A stretch of DNA of 32,437 nt, taken from contig PKZK01000254.1 of assembly GCA_003133025.1 (NCBI GenBank), positions 1-32,437 of the forward strand. The letters run 5' to 3'. Source of the DNA: Vulcanimicrobiota bacterium. Its GTDB lineage: Bacteria; Vulcanimicrobiota; Vulcanimicrobiia; Vulcanimicrobiales; Vulcanimicrobiaceae. This document shows positions 1 to 10,006 of this stretch, piece by piece. Under the pieces are notes generated by a model, which ran no database searches, was not told where the DNA came from, and worked only from the letters and a program-made list of their open reading frames with translations. Numbering within the stretch: position 1 is the stretch's first letter; each line of letters opens with the position of its first letter. Made by a program: the position numbers and the translations under genes.

Positions 1-1281
1 CGAGGTCTTCCCCGTCGTGAGGCTCGTCTCGAAGATCTCGGTCGGGTAGGTGAACGACTGGAACGAGTAGTAGGCGAGGTCGTCGTCGGCGTTGCCCGTG
101 AAGCCGCCGATGGCGCCGAGCGTCGGCAGCTCAATCGCGCGAACGAGCTTGCCCGCTTCGTCGCGGACCTCGACCTGACTCACCACGTCCTTCAGGTACG
201 ACAGCACCAGGTGATGGCCGAGGATGCCGGACGACTCGAGCGTCGCGTCGTGACGTTCGGGGATGAGCTCCTTCCACTGGTCACGCGCCGGATGCGCAGG
301 GTCGACGAGCATCACCCGGTACTTGGGGGCGCCGTCGTTCGTGCGGACGTAGAAGCGCCCCTTGTCGACGTCGACGATGTAGCGCGCGTCTTGCCCCACG
401 ACGAGCGGCGTCCAGGTGGGCTTGGCCGCGTGGAGATCCATCATCTCGACGTCGGTGCGGGTCCACCCGTGCTCGACCGTCGCGATGAGCCAGCGACCGT
501 TCCGTGAAAGCTCGGCGTTTACGAAGGTCTTCGCGTTGCCGGTCTTCTCGTGAACGGTGCGGTCCTTCGCCGGGTCGGTCCCGAGCGCGTGGTAGCGGAC
601 CTCCGCGTAGCCGGGCCTTTCGGCCACAGGCACGGTGTCCTTGGGGGGGATCCACGTGTAGTAAAACCCGTCCCCCTTGGGGGTCCACGATGGGGACCCG
701 TAGCGAGCGCCAGGGATGACATCGACCGCGCTCTTCTTCCCGGTCGCGACCTCCATCACGTAGAGCGTCGCTTCGTCCGAGTTGTTCGGCTTGAGCGTAT
801 AAGCCAGCAGCTTCCCGTCGAGCGAGACCGCCGATTCCCCCAACGCCGCATTGTTCGTCGCCACAAACTGGTTCGGATCGACCAGCACATGCTCCTCCTC
901 CGGCCGGCCCACCGGCGACCAATACAGGATCGCCTTCTCGTCCCTGGAGCTGTGCTTCATGTAAAAGAAGCGATCTCCCGCCCGCTCCGGCGCGGATATG
1001 GTATCGATGTAGAGCAGCTCGTGGAAACGCATCGCCAGCGCCTCCCGCCCCGGCAACGCGTCGAGGTAACTCCGGGCCAGCTTGTTTTGTTCGCCCAGCC
1101 ACGTCTGCACCTCGGGCGATTTGCCGTCTTCCAGCCAGCGATACGGATCGCGAACCACGGTTCCAAAGTACGTCGTGCTGACGTTGTCGACCGGCGTTTG
1201 CGGGTAGCGCAGCGCTGCGGGAGCCATCCCCAGGAGGGCGAGGGCTCCGGCACCGATGAGCCCGATCCTGCGCTGTGTCAT
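1..1281 (-). CDS. Prolyl oligopeptidase family (S9A) serine peptidase, secreted; partial (runs off the window start)
   Basis: Not in the ORF track (no stop in window). My translation from ATG 1281, with GAGAGG upstream, gives MTQRRIGLIGAGALALLGMAPAALRYPQTPVDNVSTTYFGTVVRDPYRWLEDGKSPEVQTWLGEQN...RFFY...LVDPN...SLDGKLLAY...DGFYY...APKYRV...YYSFQSFTYPTEIF. This is the classic POP N-terminus and beta-propeller; the catalytic domain lies beyond the window. Confidence 0.93.
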   Translation of the reverse strand, partial: MTQRRIGLIGAGALALLGMAPAALRYPQTPVDNVSTTYFGTVVRDPYRWLEDGKSPEVQTWLGEQNKLARSYLDALPGREALAMRFHELLYIDTISAPERAGDRFFYMKHSSRDEKAILYWSPVGRPEEEHVLVDPNQFVATNNAALGESAVSLDGKLLAYTLKPNNSDEATLYVMEVATGKKSAVDVIPGARYGSPSWTPKGDGFYYTWIPPKDTVPVAERPGYAEVRYHALGTDPAKDRTVHEKTGNAKTFVNAELSRNGRWLIATVEHGWTRTDVEMMDLHAAKPTWTPLVVGQDARYIVDVDKGRFYVRTNDGAPKYRVMLVDPAHPARDQWKELIPERHDATLESSGILGHHLVLSYLKDVVSQVEVRDEAGKLVRAIELPTLGAIGGFTGNADDDLAYYSFQSFTYPTEIFETSLTTGKTS

Positions 1282-1483
1282 GTCTATTCGCCTCTCGTTC
1301 CGTTGGCAATGCGTGAAGTCACGTGATTCGAGCCGGTCCGCAACGATCCGCCCGGACGAAGCATACGCTGGAGTTTCCAGCGTATCACACCCGAGTGTTT
1401 TTCGTGGACGGGCGAAGTATCCGACGACGGCACGTCGTGGCTTCAAATCCAGGAGATCGAAGGGACGCGCGCCGGGTAGGTTG

Positions 1484-2410
1484 CTACTGCACGGTCGCGT
1501 GAATTTCTGCAACGTATCCGCCGGGAAACTGCACCATCGCGGCTAGACGACCGTCGGAGGTATACGGCGTCACCAACACGACGGCACCGGAAGCGACCGC
1601 CTTCTTTAGCGTATCGGCCAGGTTCGCGACCTCGTAGCCCGTCGTCTCGCGACCGTACGGATACACGAGCTGCCCGTTCGTCACCAGCACCGTCATCTTG
1701 CCGAAGATCGACTCGATGCGCACGCGCCGATACGTGACGCGAGCGGCGCCGATCTCGGTGCCCGGCGCCTTTGCGACATCCGAGACCACGGTCCCGTGCG
1801 AAAACCCCACAAAGTCCCGGATAAACGCATCCGCGCTGTCCGGCGACACGTACACGCGATTTTCCGGCACGGTCGCGAGCGCCGCGGAAGTCGGCGCCGT
1901 GGTGTGCCAGTAAAGCTGCATCATGACGCCGCCGGGCCATTGAATGATGGCGTCGCGTCCGATGGGGTCGTTGAAGGGCTCGACCACGACCGCAGCCCCG
2001 TTCGCGCGCGCCGCCTTCACGGCAACGTCCATATCGGTCACGAGATAGCCCGTGCGCTCGAGACCGAACGGATACGGAATGGGCGTCTTGAAACCAAACC
2101 CGGAGATCGATCCGGCCGGCGTTACGGCGGCTTGAAACGTCGTCGAACTCGGCGTCGGCGTGATGGTCATGACGAGAGGCGCGGTACTCTTGCCTCCAAA
2201 CGTCGCCGTGAAACTGCGCACGAATGGTTCCAGATCGGCGGCAGCCACGTAAACATGCGCGGTATCGTATTGCGAGCCGACGCCAACCACGGGCGTCGTC
2301 GTCGCAGGATCGGCCAATCCGGGCACCCCGGAGAGACAGAGAAGCCCCGCGAGCCCCAGAGCCCGGCAGGCGGCGATCGGCGAAAGCGGCGTATGGCGTG
2401 GGCGCATCAT
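1484..2410 (-). CDS. Secreted glyoxalase/VOC-superfamily protein (tandem VOC-like modules)
   Basis: ATG 2410 follows a GAGGGA RBS, then a signal-peptide-like segment. Two internally repeated modules: YPFGLERTGYLVTDMDVAVKAARANGAAV...IIQWPGG and YPYGRETTGYEVANLADTLKKAVASGAVV...MVQFPGG. Confidence 0.8.
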   Translation of the reverse strand: MMRPRHTPLSPIAACRALGLAGLLCLSGVPGLADPATTTPVVGVGSQYDTAHVYVAAADLEPFVRSFTATFGGKSTAPLVMTITPTPSSTTFQAAVTPAGSISGFGFKTPIPYPFGLERTGYLVTDMDVAVKAARANGAAVVVEPFNDPIGRDAIIQWPGGVMMQLYWHTTAPTSAALATVPENRVYVSPDSADAFIRDFVGFSHGTVVSDVAKAPGTEIGAARVTYRRVRIESIFGKMTVLVTNGQLVYPYGRETTGYEVANLADTLKKAVASGAVVLVTPYTSDGRLAAMVQFPGGYVAEIHATVQ

Positions 2411-2583
2411 CGGTAATCCCTCGGTCTGCTGCGAGAGATGACCTATGCCTAGTCGACTGCCCGAACCTTTAGAGAATCCTTCGCCGTATGGCCGGCGAGG
2501 GCTCAGAAACCGAATGGCCTCCGAAACTCGAAACGCCCGAACGGCGAACGGAGTCAGGCAAAGTACGCGAGAAAGCAACCGTT

Positions 2584-3006
2584 ATGAGCGCCCCGCCAGA
2601 GAAACCGGCGATAGAGTCACAACCGCTCATCGCGGTGCGCGATGTTCGCGCGAGCAGTCGCTGGTACGCCGAATTGCTCGGAACCGACTCGCTCCCGGAT
2701 CACCCCCATCGCGACACGTACGATCGTATCTCAGCCGGCGGCAGGCTGCTTCTGCAACTCCACGCCTGGGACGAGGAAGAGCATCCCAACCTCGTAAATG
2801 CCGGAGCAGCGCCGCCGGGTCATGGCGTCGTGCTCTGGTTTCAAGTCGAGGATTTCGATGCGGCCGTCGCGCGAGCCCGCGGCCTCGGCGCCGAGGTGGT
2901 GCAAGAAGCCCACTTCAACCCCGCGCCCCGACACAGAGAGATCTGGCTGCGCGACGCCGACGGTTACGTAGTCGTACTTTCGAGCCCCGATGGCGAACTC
3001 ACTTAG
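2584..3006 (+). CDS. VOC (glyoxalase/bleomycin resistance) family protein
   Basis: Motifs LIAVRDVRASSRWYAELLG, LWFQVEDFDAAVARARGLGAEV and REIWLRDADGYVVVL. Start placed at ATG 2584, in frame with the track ORF 2488-3006. Confidence 0.85.
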   Translation: MSAPPEKPAIESQPLIAVRDVRASSRWYAELLGTDSLPDHPHRDTYDRISAGGRLLLQLHAWDEEEHPNLVNAGAAPPGHGVVLWFQVEDFDAAVARARGLGAEVVQEAHFNPAPRHREIWLRDADGYVVVLSSPDGELT

Positions 3007-3817
3007 ATAATCGCGCAAAACTGGGCCGTCGCGGAGACTCCAAATACAGCCGCAACGGCGTCGGCACGGTCGAATACAGAAACGAAATCCACTGATACCG
3101 CCGCCCCGGAATCACGATCGGTTTCCCTGACGGCAAAGCCGCAAGCGAAGCGGCCACAACCGCCTGAGCAGTCATCCAGTACGACGCGGGCGCAACCTTG
3201 CTGCGATCCGCAATCCCCGCTGCCGCATGAAAGTTCGAATACGTAAACCCCGGACACAGCGCCTGAACCCGCACCCGCGACCCCACGCTCTCCAATTCGA
3301 GATACAGGCCCTCGGTGAACGTCGCCACCCAACTCTTGGTCGAGCAATAGCTCACGCTCCCGGCCCGCCGCATGAATGCCGCAATCGACGAAACGTTGAT
3401 GATCGTGCCCGCATTCCGCGCAACCATCTGCCCGAGCGCCGCGTGCGTCAGCCGCATCGTGGCCATCACGTGCACCTGATGCATCGCCACCTGCCCGGCA
3501 AAATCGGTCTCCCAAAAGAGCCCACGCGAGCCGAACCCCGCATCGTTTATCAACATCGCCAGCGCAGGCTCCGCAGCAAGACGTTGCGCCGCGAGCTCGA
3601 TGCCCGCATCGCTGCTCAGATCCGCCGCCAGCACGTCAACCGCCGACCCAAAACGCGAACGCACGTCCAACGCCACCGCGGCAAGCCGATCCTCGTCCCG
3701 CGCGATCAACAACAGATCGTGCGTCGGTCCCAACGCCTCGGCAAACGCCTTTCCAATGCCGCTGGAGCCGCCGGTAATAGCCGCCAGCGGCCGAGGTGCA
3801 CGAGCTTGCTCAGTCAT
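2999..3817 (-). CDS. SDR family NAD(P)-dependent oxidoreductase
   Basis: Rossmann motif TGGSSGIG, LINDAG, INVSS, catalytic YCSTK and ALCPGFT. Confidence 0.92.
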   Translation of the reverse strand: MTEQARAPRPLAAITGGSSGIGKAFAEALGPTHDLLLIARDEDRLAAVALDVRSRFGSAVDVLAADLSSDAGIELAAQRLAAEPALAMLINDAGFGSRGLFWETDFAGQVAMHQVHVMATMRLTHAALGQMVARNAGTIINVSSIAAFMRRAGSVSYCSTKSWVATFTEGLYLELESVGSRVRVQALCPGFTYSNFHAAAGIADRSKVAPASYWMTAQAVVAASLAALPSGKPIVIPGRRYQWISFLYSTVPTPLRLYLESPRRPSFARLSK

Positions 3818-3831
3818 GAGCAACCGCTTCG

Positions 3832-4335
3832 CTACGTAGTCGGCGGAGACTCCCGCTGCGCAAGAATGACCAAGCCGCCGGCAACACCGGCCGCCACCGC
3901 TGCCCAGATTAGCTTGTCGTGGGCCAATGCCGCGTCGAGACCCATCGCCGCATCGAGCGAATAGCGTCCATAACCGCCCATCGCGAACGCGAGCGCCGCA
4001 GCGCCGTACAGCACGTTGATTTCAACGCCGCCGTTCTGCACGAAAAAGCCGTCCTTGAGATGCCCGGCCCCGGCGACCGTCATCACGCCGATCAACCCCG
4101 CAGGGCCTGCCGGTCCGCCAAGGCCGGCCGCGATCAAGAGTCCCGACCCAATCTCCGTATACGCAGCGAGGCTGACGTACGTAGCGCCAGGCTTGAAGCC
4201 CATGCCTTCAAAGAAGCCGGCGGCTTTCTTCAGGCCGGGTCCACCGAAGGAACCAAATGCCTTCTGCGCCCCGTGCGCCGCAAAAGCGAGCCCGATGGCC
4301 GAGCGAGCAAGCAGCATTCCAAAATCGCGATTCAT
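3832..4335 (-). CDS. DoxX family membrane protein
   Basis: [32 protein letters not shown]...[11 protein letters not shown]...[10 protein letters not shown]...GYGRYSLDA is the typical DoxX pattern. Confidence 0.9.
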   Translation of the reverse strand: MNRDFGMLLARSAIGLAFAAHGAQKAFGSFGGPGLKKAAGFFEGMGFKPGATYVSLAAYTEIGSGLLIAAGLGGPAGPAGLIGVMTVAGAGHLKDGFFVQNGGVEINVLYGAAALAFAMGGYGRYSLDAAMGLDAALAHDKLIWAAVAAGVAGGLVILAQRESPPTT

Positions 4336-4460
4336 GTGCCCCACCGACCGCGCCACGGCGCATGAAGTTGCGTCTCGTCGGGCTGGGAGAGATAGTCCAA
4401 GGATCGGCCCTGGATTTCGACGGCTTCGCGGCGTACGATGAGCGTCGGAGGAAACATCCG

Positions 4461-4964
4461 ATGTCGCTCGCACCGCAAGGCCCACCAGAAGTCGAGAAAC
4501 CACGCCCGCCGTTGCCGCCGTTCACGCAGGCATCCGCAATCGAGAAGGTTCGCGCCGCTGAAAACGGCTGGAATACGCGAGACCCCGAGCGGGTTTCGCT
4601 CGCGTACACGCCGGAGAGTCGCTGGCGCAATCGCAGCGAGTTCCTCCACGGTCGCGCGGAGATCGTCGAATTTCTCAAACGAAAATGGGCGATGGAACTC
4701 GACTATCGCTTGATAAAAGAACTCTGGGCCTTTGCGGATAATCGCATCGCAGTGCGCTTCGCCTACGAATGGCACGACGCGGCAGGCAACTGGTTTCGTT
4801 CCTACGGAAACGAAAACTGGGATTTCGACGACGCAGGCTTCATGCGCGCCCGTCACGCCAGCATCAACGACGTTGCCATCGCCGAATCCGATCGCCTATT
4901 CCGGTGGGACCGCAACGCCCCGCGTCCAGCCGATCACCCAAGCCTCAGCGACCTCGGTCTCTAG
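4461..4964 (+). CDS. DUF1348 / NTF2-like family protein
   Basis: GGAGG RBS then ATG 4461. RPPLPPFT...[22 protein letters not shown]...WRNRSEF...[13 protein letters not shown]...[10 protein letters not shown]...RHASIND. Confidence 0.92.
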   Translation: MSLAPQGPPEVEKPRPPLPPFTQASAIEKVRAAENGWNTRDPERVSLAYTPESRWRNRSEFLHGRAEIVEFLKRKWAMELDYRLIKELWAFADNRIAVRFAYEWHDAAGNWFRSYGNENWDFDDAGFMRARHASINDVAIAESDRLFRWDRNAPRPADHPSLSDLGL

Positions 4965-4994
4965 CGACCGCGCGATATCGAGAAGGAGAGCCCC

Positions 4995-5345
4995 ATGGCC
5001 CACGAAGAGAGCGGCATCAACCCGACCGTCAAACCCAGCGGCACCGGTTGCGTCGAGTGCCTCGCAACCGACAGTTGGTGGCTGCACCTGCGCCGTTGCG
5101 CGGAGTGCGGACACATCGGCTGCTGCGACAACTCGCCCAACCAACATGCGACGAAGCACAACAAATCCACCAAGCATCCGGTCATCGCAAGCTTCGAACC
5201 CGGCGAAGATTGGTTCTACGATTACCGCACCGGCGACTACGTCGACGGCCCGCAACTCGCTCCGCCCCACGCGCATCCGTCGAGCCAACCGACACCGGGC
5301 CCGGCAGGCAAAGTCCCGCACGACTGGCAATCCAAACTCCACTAA
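4995..5345 (+). CDS. UBP-type zinc finger domain protein
   Basis: AAGGAG RBS. CVEC...WLHLRRCAECGHIGCCDNSPNQHATKH...HPVIASFEPGEDWFYDY. Confidence 0.92.
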   Translation: MAHEESGINPTVKPSGTGCVECLATDSWWLHLRRCAECGHIGCCDNSPNQHATKHNKSTKHPVIASFEPGEDWFYDYRTGDYVDGPQLAPPHAHPSSQPTPGPAGKVPHDWQSKLH

Positions 5346-5490
5346 CGCCTCAGCGGCGTAGCGCCCGACCCGGGAGACCGATCGTTCTCTGCATTCGAAA
5401 AAGCGTTTTCAAACGTCTCGCCCGCGGCCGCCGCCACCTGGAAACCCAACGAGGCGGGGCATTCGGCCGCACACCTCTAAAGGACTGGCT

Positions 5491-6822
5491 ATGTCGAAAT
5501 CCGGCTCTTACTTCGCCACTTTCTGTAGCGTCTCTCTTGGGTTGCTCACCATCGCAGGCTGCGCGGCCGGTACCGCCACATCGCCCGGCCCCGGCACGGC
5601 CGTCGGCACCCAAGGCCACCAACTCGCGCAACGAAGCAATGCGGGCCCCGACACCAAAGCCATCTTCAACATCCACATCTTCGATCCCAACGACAGCGGC
5701 CTCGGCGTCAACCCGCAAGCTGGCCTCTACCAGGATCCCGACAAGAATCTCTTCGGCTCCACGAAAGCCGGCGGCGTATACACGTACGGCAACGCCTTCG
5801 AGATAACGCCGGCCGGCGCGTTTACCGATCTCCACGATTTCGGCGGCGGCGAAGGCGACGGCGCTTTCCCGATCGGCGTGCTGATCCCCGGCGCGAATGG
5901 CGTGCTCTACGGCACCACCTCGCACGGCGGGACCGGCTGCTTCGGAAGAGGCTGCGGCACGGTCTTCGCGCTCGCGCCCAACGGCAGCGGCGGCTATACG
6001 GAGTCGGTACTCTACCGTTTTGCCGATACGCCCGACGGCGCAATTCCGCAAGCCGGCGTCATCTTGCACGACGGCGTCCTCTACGGCACCACCTCCAAAG
6101 GCGGCGCAAACGGCCACGGCGCGATCTACTCGCTCACGCTCGCGGGCCAAGAGAAAGTCATCTACAGCTTCACCGGCGGCGTCGACGGCGAGAGGCCCGA
6201 TGCCGCACTCTTCGCCTATCACGGCAAACTGTACGGCACGGCCGCAGAGGGCACCACGCGCAAAGCGGGCACGGTTTTTTCGGTGACGCCCGCAGGCGCG
6301 TTTACGGTGATCCACACGTTCGGTGAAAAGCTCGACGGCGCCGACCCGGAGGGCCCGCTCGTGGTCAGCGCGCACGGCATCTTGTTCGGCACCACCTCGC
6401 TCGGCGGCGCAAACGGCTTCGGCATGGTGTACGGCGTGAGTCCCAACGGTGAAACCTACAATCCGGTCTACAATTTTAAAGGCGCGGCAAACGGCGACGG
6501 TGAGGATTCACTTTCGGGCCTCACGGTCGGTTCCGGCGGCACGCTCTACGGCACCACCAATAAAGGCGGCACCGGCCCGTGCACCGCGCAGAGCATCGTC
6601 GTCGGCTGCGGCACGCTCTTCGAACTCAAGCCCAACGGGAACGGCGGCTACGCGGAAACGGTGCTACACCAATTCCAGGGCGTCTCAAACGAAGATGGCG
6701 ACGGAGCCGCCTCCGCCGTCATCATCGAGAGCCCCGGCATGCTTGCCGGTACGACCAACTTCGGCGGGGAGAGCGGTTCGATCTGCCCCGCCGGTTGTGG
6801 TGTCGTCTACGCTTATCGCTGA
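5491..6822 (+). CDS. Beta-propeller tandem-repeat lipoprotein (choice-of-anchor GloVer-like repeats)
   Basis: AAAGGA RBS and lipobox LTIAGC. About seven repeats of DGxxPxxxL...G.LYGTT..GG...G.VF. Confidence 0.85.
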   Translation: MSKSGSYFATFCSVSLGLLTIAGCAAGTATSPGPGTAVGTQGHQLAQRSNAGPDTKAIFNIHIFDPNDSGLGVNPQAGLYQDPDKNLFGSTKAGGVYTYGNAFEITPAGAFTDLHDFGGGEGDGAFPIGVLIPGANGVLYGTTSHGGTGCFGRGCGTVFALAPNGSGGYTESVLYRFADTPDGAIPQAGVILHDGVLYGTTSKGGANGHGAIYSLTLAGQEKVIYSFTGGVDGERPDAALFAYHGKLYGTAAEGTTRKAGTVFSVTPAGAFTVIHTFGEKLDGADPEGPLVVSAHGILFGTTSLGGANGFGMVYGVSPNGETYNPVYNFKGAANGDGEDSLSGLTVGSGGTLYGTTNKGGTGPCTAQSIVVGCGTLFELKPNGNGGYAETVLHQFQGVSNEDGDGAASAVIIESPGMLAGTTNFGGESGSICPAGCGVVYAYR

Positions 6823-7409
6823 GCGCTGATCACCTGGCGGCGCGGATACGGCGAACGCCGCCGCGCCGAGTGCGCGGACTGCGCAAACTGTGCCGGACGC
6901 CGCACGCGCGCCGCCGGCCGCTGCACGCGAATCAGTTCGGCGAGATACGCATTCGCCTCGTCTTGCGAGAGCTCGCGCACCCCGCCCGCAGCCTTGCCCG
7001 ACGAGACCTGCAGAATCGTCTCGCCCGAGAGCCGCAGCGCAACGTCCGTGCGCCCCGCGGCCGCAAAATCCGCCGCTAGCATCACGCTCTGATCGGGCGT
7101 CAATTGCCCCGTTTGCTCGCGCGAGAGCGCCACGCCGCGGTTGTTGTACGAATCCCAGATGGAGAAGAGACGCAGCGCGAGATCGTCGAGCGATTGTCCC
7201 GGCACGGGCACAATCTCGAAACCGCACACGCCGCGTGCGCCCAGATCGCGAGCCCGAGTGCGCGACACGTGCGGGTTCGAACCAAATTCGTAGGCGACGA
7301 CGTCGACGCCGGTGTGTCCGCTAAACGTGATGGCCACGGCGGCCTCGGAACGGTATCCGACGATCCGGATGCCGGTCACCAGCGGTTGTTCGCGATGGAG
7401 TTGATGCAT
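6813..7409 (-). CDS. Hypothetical protein (198 aa), no family recognised
   Basis: GAGGA RBS about 8 nt upstream of ATG 7409. Globular-looking composition; fills the gap between the flanking genes and is divergent from the HTH-ATPase. Confidence 0.6.
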   Translation of the reverse strand: MHQLHREQPLVTGIRIVGYRSEAAVAITFSGHTGVDVVAYEFGSNPHVSRTRARDLGARGVCGFEIVPVPGQSLDDLALRLFSIWDSYNNRGVALSREQTGQLTPDQSVMLAADFAAAGRTDVALRLSGETILQVSSGKAAGGVRELSQDEANAYLAELIRVQRPAARVRRPAQFAQSAHSARRRSPYPRRQVISAQR

Positions 7410-7486
7410 GTCGGTGTCCTCAATCGGTTCCGGTGAAAGCTGTGCCGCCAGTATGCGAGCCGGGCGTGAGGCGCCGCTACGTACAC

Positions 7487-7509
7487 CCCCTACAGTGCGC
7501 CCCTACAGT
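7487..7509. promoter_or_regulatory. Direct repeat CCCCTACAGT x2, candidate operator
   Basis: Exact 10-mers at 7487-7496 and 7500-7509, in the short divergent intergenic region. Confidence 0.4.
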
Positions 7510-7554
7510 TGCGGGATGAGCCCCCCCGACGGGGCGCGAACCAGGGGGCCAGCG

Positions 7555-9954
7555 ATGGTCGAGCCGGAACCGTCAGACTTTGGGTCTGCCCTCAGGAAGT
7601 TGCGCGTCGCCGCGGGGTTCTCGCAAGAGCAGCTCGCCGACCGCGCGGGCGTGAGCTTGCAGGCGATCAGCGCGTACGAGCGCGGCACGCGCAAACGCCC
7701 GTACCGCGAGACGATCGCGCTGCTGGTCAAAGCCCTCGACCTCTCACCGGCCGCGCAAAACGAACTCGAGGTCGCAGCCGACCGTCGGCGCGCCGCAGGC
7801 GAGGTGCGCCTCGCGCCCGGCCCCACCAACCTCGTGCCGCGCCTGGCCTCGTTCGTCGGACGCGAACGCGAACTCGACGAGATCGCCGCGCAGCTGGCCG
7901 AGCGACGTCTGGTCACGATCATGGGCACGGGCGGGGTGGGCAAGACCAGCGCCGCCATCGAGACGGGCCTGGCCCTGCGCGACACGCGGCCCGACGGCGT
8001 CTGGCTGGTGGAACTCGCTGCGCTCGCGAGCGGCTCGCTCGTCGCAAGCGCCATCGCCTCGGCGCTCGGCATCGCGTTGCCCGCCGAAGGCGATCACGTC
8101 GCGGTAGTTGCCAAAGCCTTGGCCGCGAAAGACCTCGTGCTGCTCCTCGACAACTGCGAACACGTCGTGAAGGAAGCGGCCGTCGCCGCGCAAGCGATCC
8201 TGTGGTCGTGCCCGGCAGTCACGATACTCGCCACCAGCCGTCAAGCACTCGGCGTGCCCGGCGAAGCGCTCTATCACATGCCTTCGCTCAGCATGCCCTC
8301 CGCCGTTGCGCTGTTCGTCGATCGCGCGCGTTCCGCCGACCAGCGCTTCGAACTCACCGACGAAAACGCTCCGCTCATCGGCGACATCGTCCGCAGGCTC
8401 GACGGCATCCCGCTCGCCATCGAACTCGCCGCTCCGAAGCTAAAGGTCTTCGGCGCCCGCGAACTGCGCGAACGCTTGAACGAACGCTTCCGCATCCTCA
8501 CCGGCGGCGGCCCGACCGTCCTGCCACGCCAGCAGACGCTGCACGCGCTGATCGGTTGGAGTTACGATCTCCTCAGCGAGCCCGAACGCGCATTACTCCG
8601 GCGCTTGAGTATGTTCGCCGGCAGCTTCACGCTCGCGGCAGCCGAAGCCGTCTGCCCCGACGCATCGCTCGATGCGTCGCTCGTGATCGAGCTGCTCACG
8701 GGGCTGGTCGAAAAGTCGCTCGTCGCGGCCGAAGTCGGAACGGGCGGCCCGCGCTATCGCCTGCTCGAATCCACGCGCGCCTTCGCACAAGAGAAACTGA
8801 CCGAGGCGGAACGCGTCCCCCTCGCTCGCCGCCACGCCGCATGGGTCGCCGATTTCGCAGATCAAGTCTATTCGAGTTCGTGGACGACGGCCGGCCCCGT
8901 GCTCCTCGCGCAGGTGCTGCCCGATCTCGAAAACGTCCGCGCCGGCTTGCGCCAGGTGCTCGAGGTCGAACCCGACGTCGAAATGGCCGGCCGCATCGCC
9001 GGCGGTCTCACGTCGCTCTGGCAAGCGCGCGGCCTGGGCGAGGGCCGCCGCTACGTCGAACGCATCCTAGAGCGTTGGAACGGCGACCTCTCGCCGAAGA
9101 TCCCGATCCGCTTGTGGCTGGCGCTCTCCGCGCTGACCGTTGCGAAGCGCAAAGCCGACGCAGCCGCCGAAGCCGTGGCCCTCTGCGAGCGGCTCGGCGA
9201 GCGCGAAAACCTCGCCGTCGCGCTGCGTCTCCAGGCCGACGGCCTGCGCCAGATGCAACTCCTCGACGAAGCCGAAGCGGCCGCCGTACGTTCGCTCGAA
9301 CTCTTCCGCGAGAGCGGACTCTACGGCACCACACACTACGCCGCGCTCTTGCAAGCCCACGCCTCGATCCTCGTCGACCGCAATCAGATCGACGAAGCCC
9401 GCCCGCTCTTCGCCGAAGCGCTCCGCCGTTTCGAAGCGATCGGCGACGTCCGCCCCATCGCCAACCTCAAACTGCTGATGGCCGAACTCGAATTTTCCGC
9501 AGGTAACGCCGCCGTCGCGATCGCGCTGGCCGAAGAAACGATCGAAGCCTTCGTGCAACTCGGCGACTTCGTCGGCGCCGCCGGAACGTCGTGTAACGTT
9601 GCCGCCTACTACCTTGCCGATAACCAAATCGACAACGCGCGAGCCGCCGCGCACCAAGCTCTAGAATTTGGCCTACTGGTCGACATCCCGCTCTACGTGA
9701 CCCTGGCGCTGCAACACCTCGGCACGGTGGCCGCGCTCAGCGGCAACGTCCGCCGCGGTGCGCTGCTGCTCGTGCACGGCGAACTGTGGCTCAGCACCGA
9801 AGGCTTCGAGCGCGAATACACCGAGCAGAAGGCCTACGACCTCGGCATGAGCGCCGTCCGCGAGCATCTCCCCGCAGCCGAATACGACCAAATCCTCGCC
9901 GCCGCGGAAAGCGTCACCCAAGAACAAGCGATAGCGGAAGCCCGTCTGGTCTGA
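7555..9954 (+). CDS. XRE-HTH + STAND/NB-ARC-like ATPase + TPR transcriptional regulator (COG3903-like)
   Basis: N-terminal HTH FGSALRKLRVAAGFSQEQLADRAGVSLQAISAYERG; SFVGRERE; Walker A GTGGVGKT; Walker B LLLLDNCEH; ATSR; DGIPLAIELAA; RYRLLES; C-terminal helical TPR-like repeats. Confidence 0.9.
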   Translation: MVEPEPSDFGSALRKLRVAAGFSQEQLADRAGVSLQAISAYERGTRKRPYRETIALLVKALDLSPAAQNELEVAADRRRAAGEVRLAPGPTNLVPRLASFVGRERELDEIAAQLAERRLVTIMGTGGVGKTSAAIETGLALRDTRPDGVWLVELAALASGSLVASAIASALGIALPAEGDHVAVVAKALAAKDLVLLLDNCEHVVKEAAVAAQAILWSCPAVTILATSRQALGVPGEALYHMPSLSMPSAVALFVDRARSADQRFELTDENAPLIGDIVRRLDGIPLAIELAAPKLKVFGARELRERLNERFRILTGGGPTVLPRQQTLHALIGWSYDLLSEPERALLRRLSMFAGSFTLAAAEAVCPDASLDASLVIELLTGLVEKSLVAAEVGTGGPRYRLLESTRAFAQEKLTEAERVPLARRHAAWVADFADQVYSSSWTTAGPVLLAQVLPDLENVRAGLRQVLEVEPDVEMAGRIAGGLTSLWQARGLGEGRRYVERILERWNGDLSPKIPIRLWLALSALTVAKRKADAAAEAVALCERLGERENLAVALRLQADGLRQMQLLDEAEAAAVRSLELFRESGLYGTTHYAALLQAHASILVDRNQIDEARPLFAEALRRFEAIGDVRPIANLKLLMAELEFSAGNAAVAIALAEETIEAFVQLGDFVGAAGTSCNVAAYYLADNQIDNARAAAHQALEFGLLVDIPLYVTLALQHLGTVAALSGNVRRGALLLVHGELWLSTEGFEREYTEQKAYDLGMSAVREHLPAAEYDQILAAAESVTQEQAIAEARLV

Positions 9955-10006
9955 CGAAACAGCCGGCGCTCGCATGACGCCCGCCACCTGCCGATGCAAT
10001 CGACGC

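Noticed and set aside
281..1309. Track ORF 281-1309 (-) and overlapping plus-strand ORFs
   Set aside because: Arg/Gly-rich shadow frames. The real gene is the prolyl oligopeptidase in another minus frame that runs off the window.
7555..9954. STAND ATPase as an Avs-like anti-phage defence system
   Set aside because: The N-terminal domain is an XRE HTH rather than a nuclease, TIR, SIR2 or protease effector, and the neighbourhood has no defence or mobile genes.
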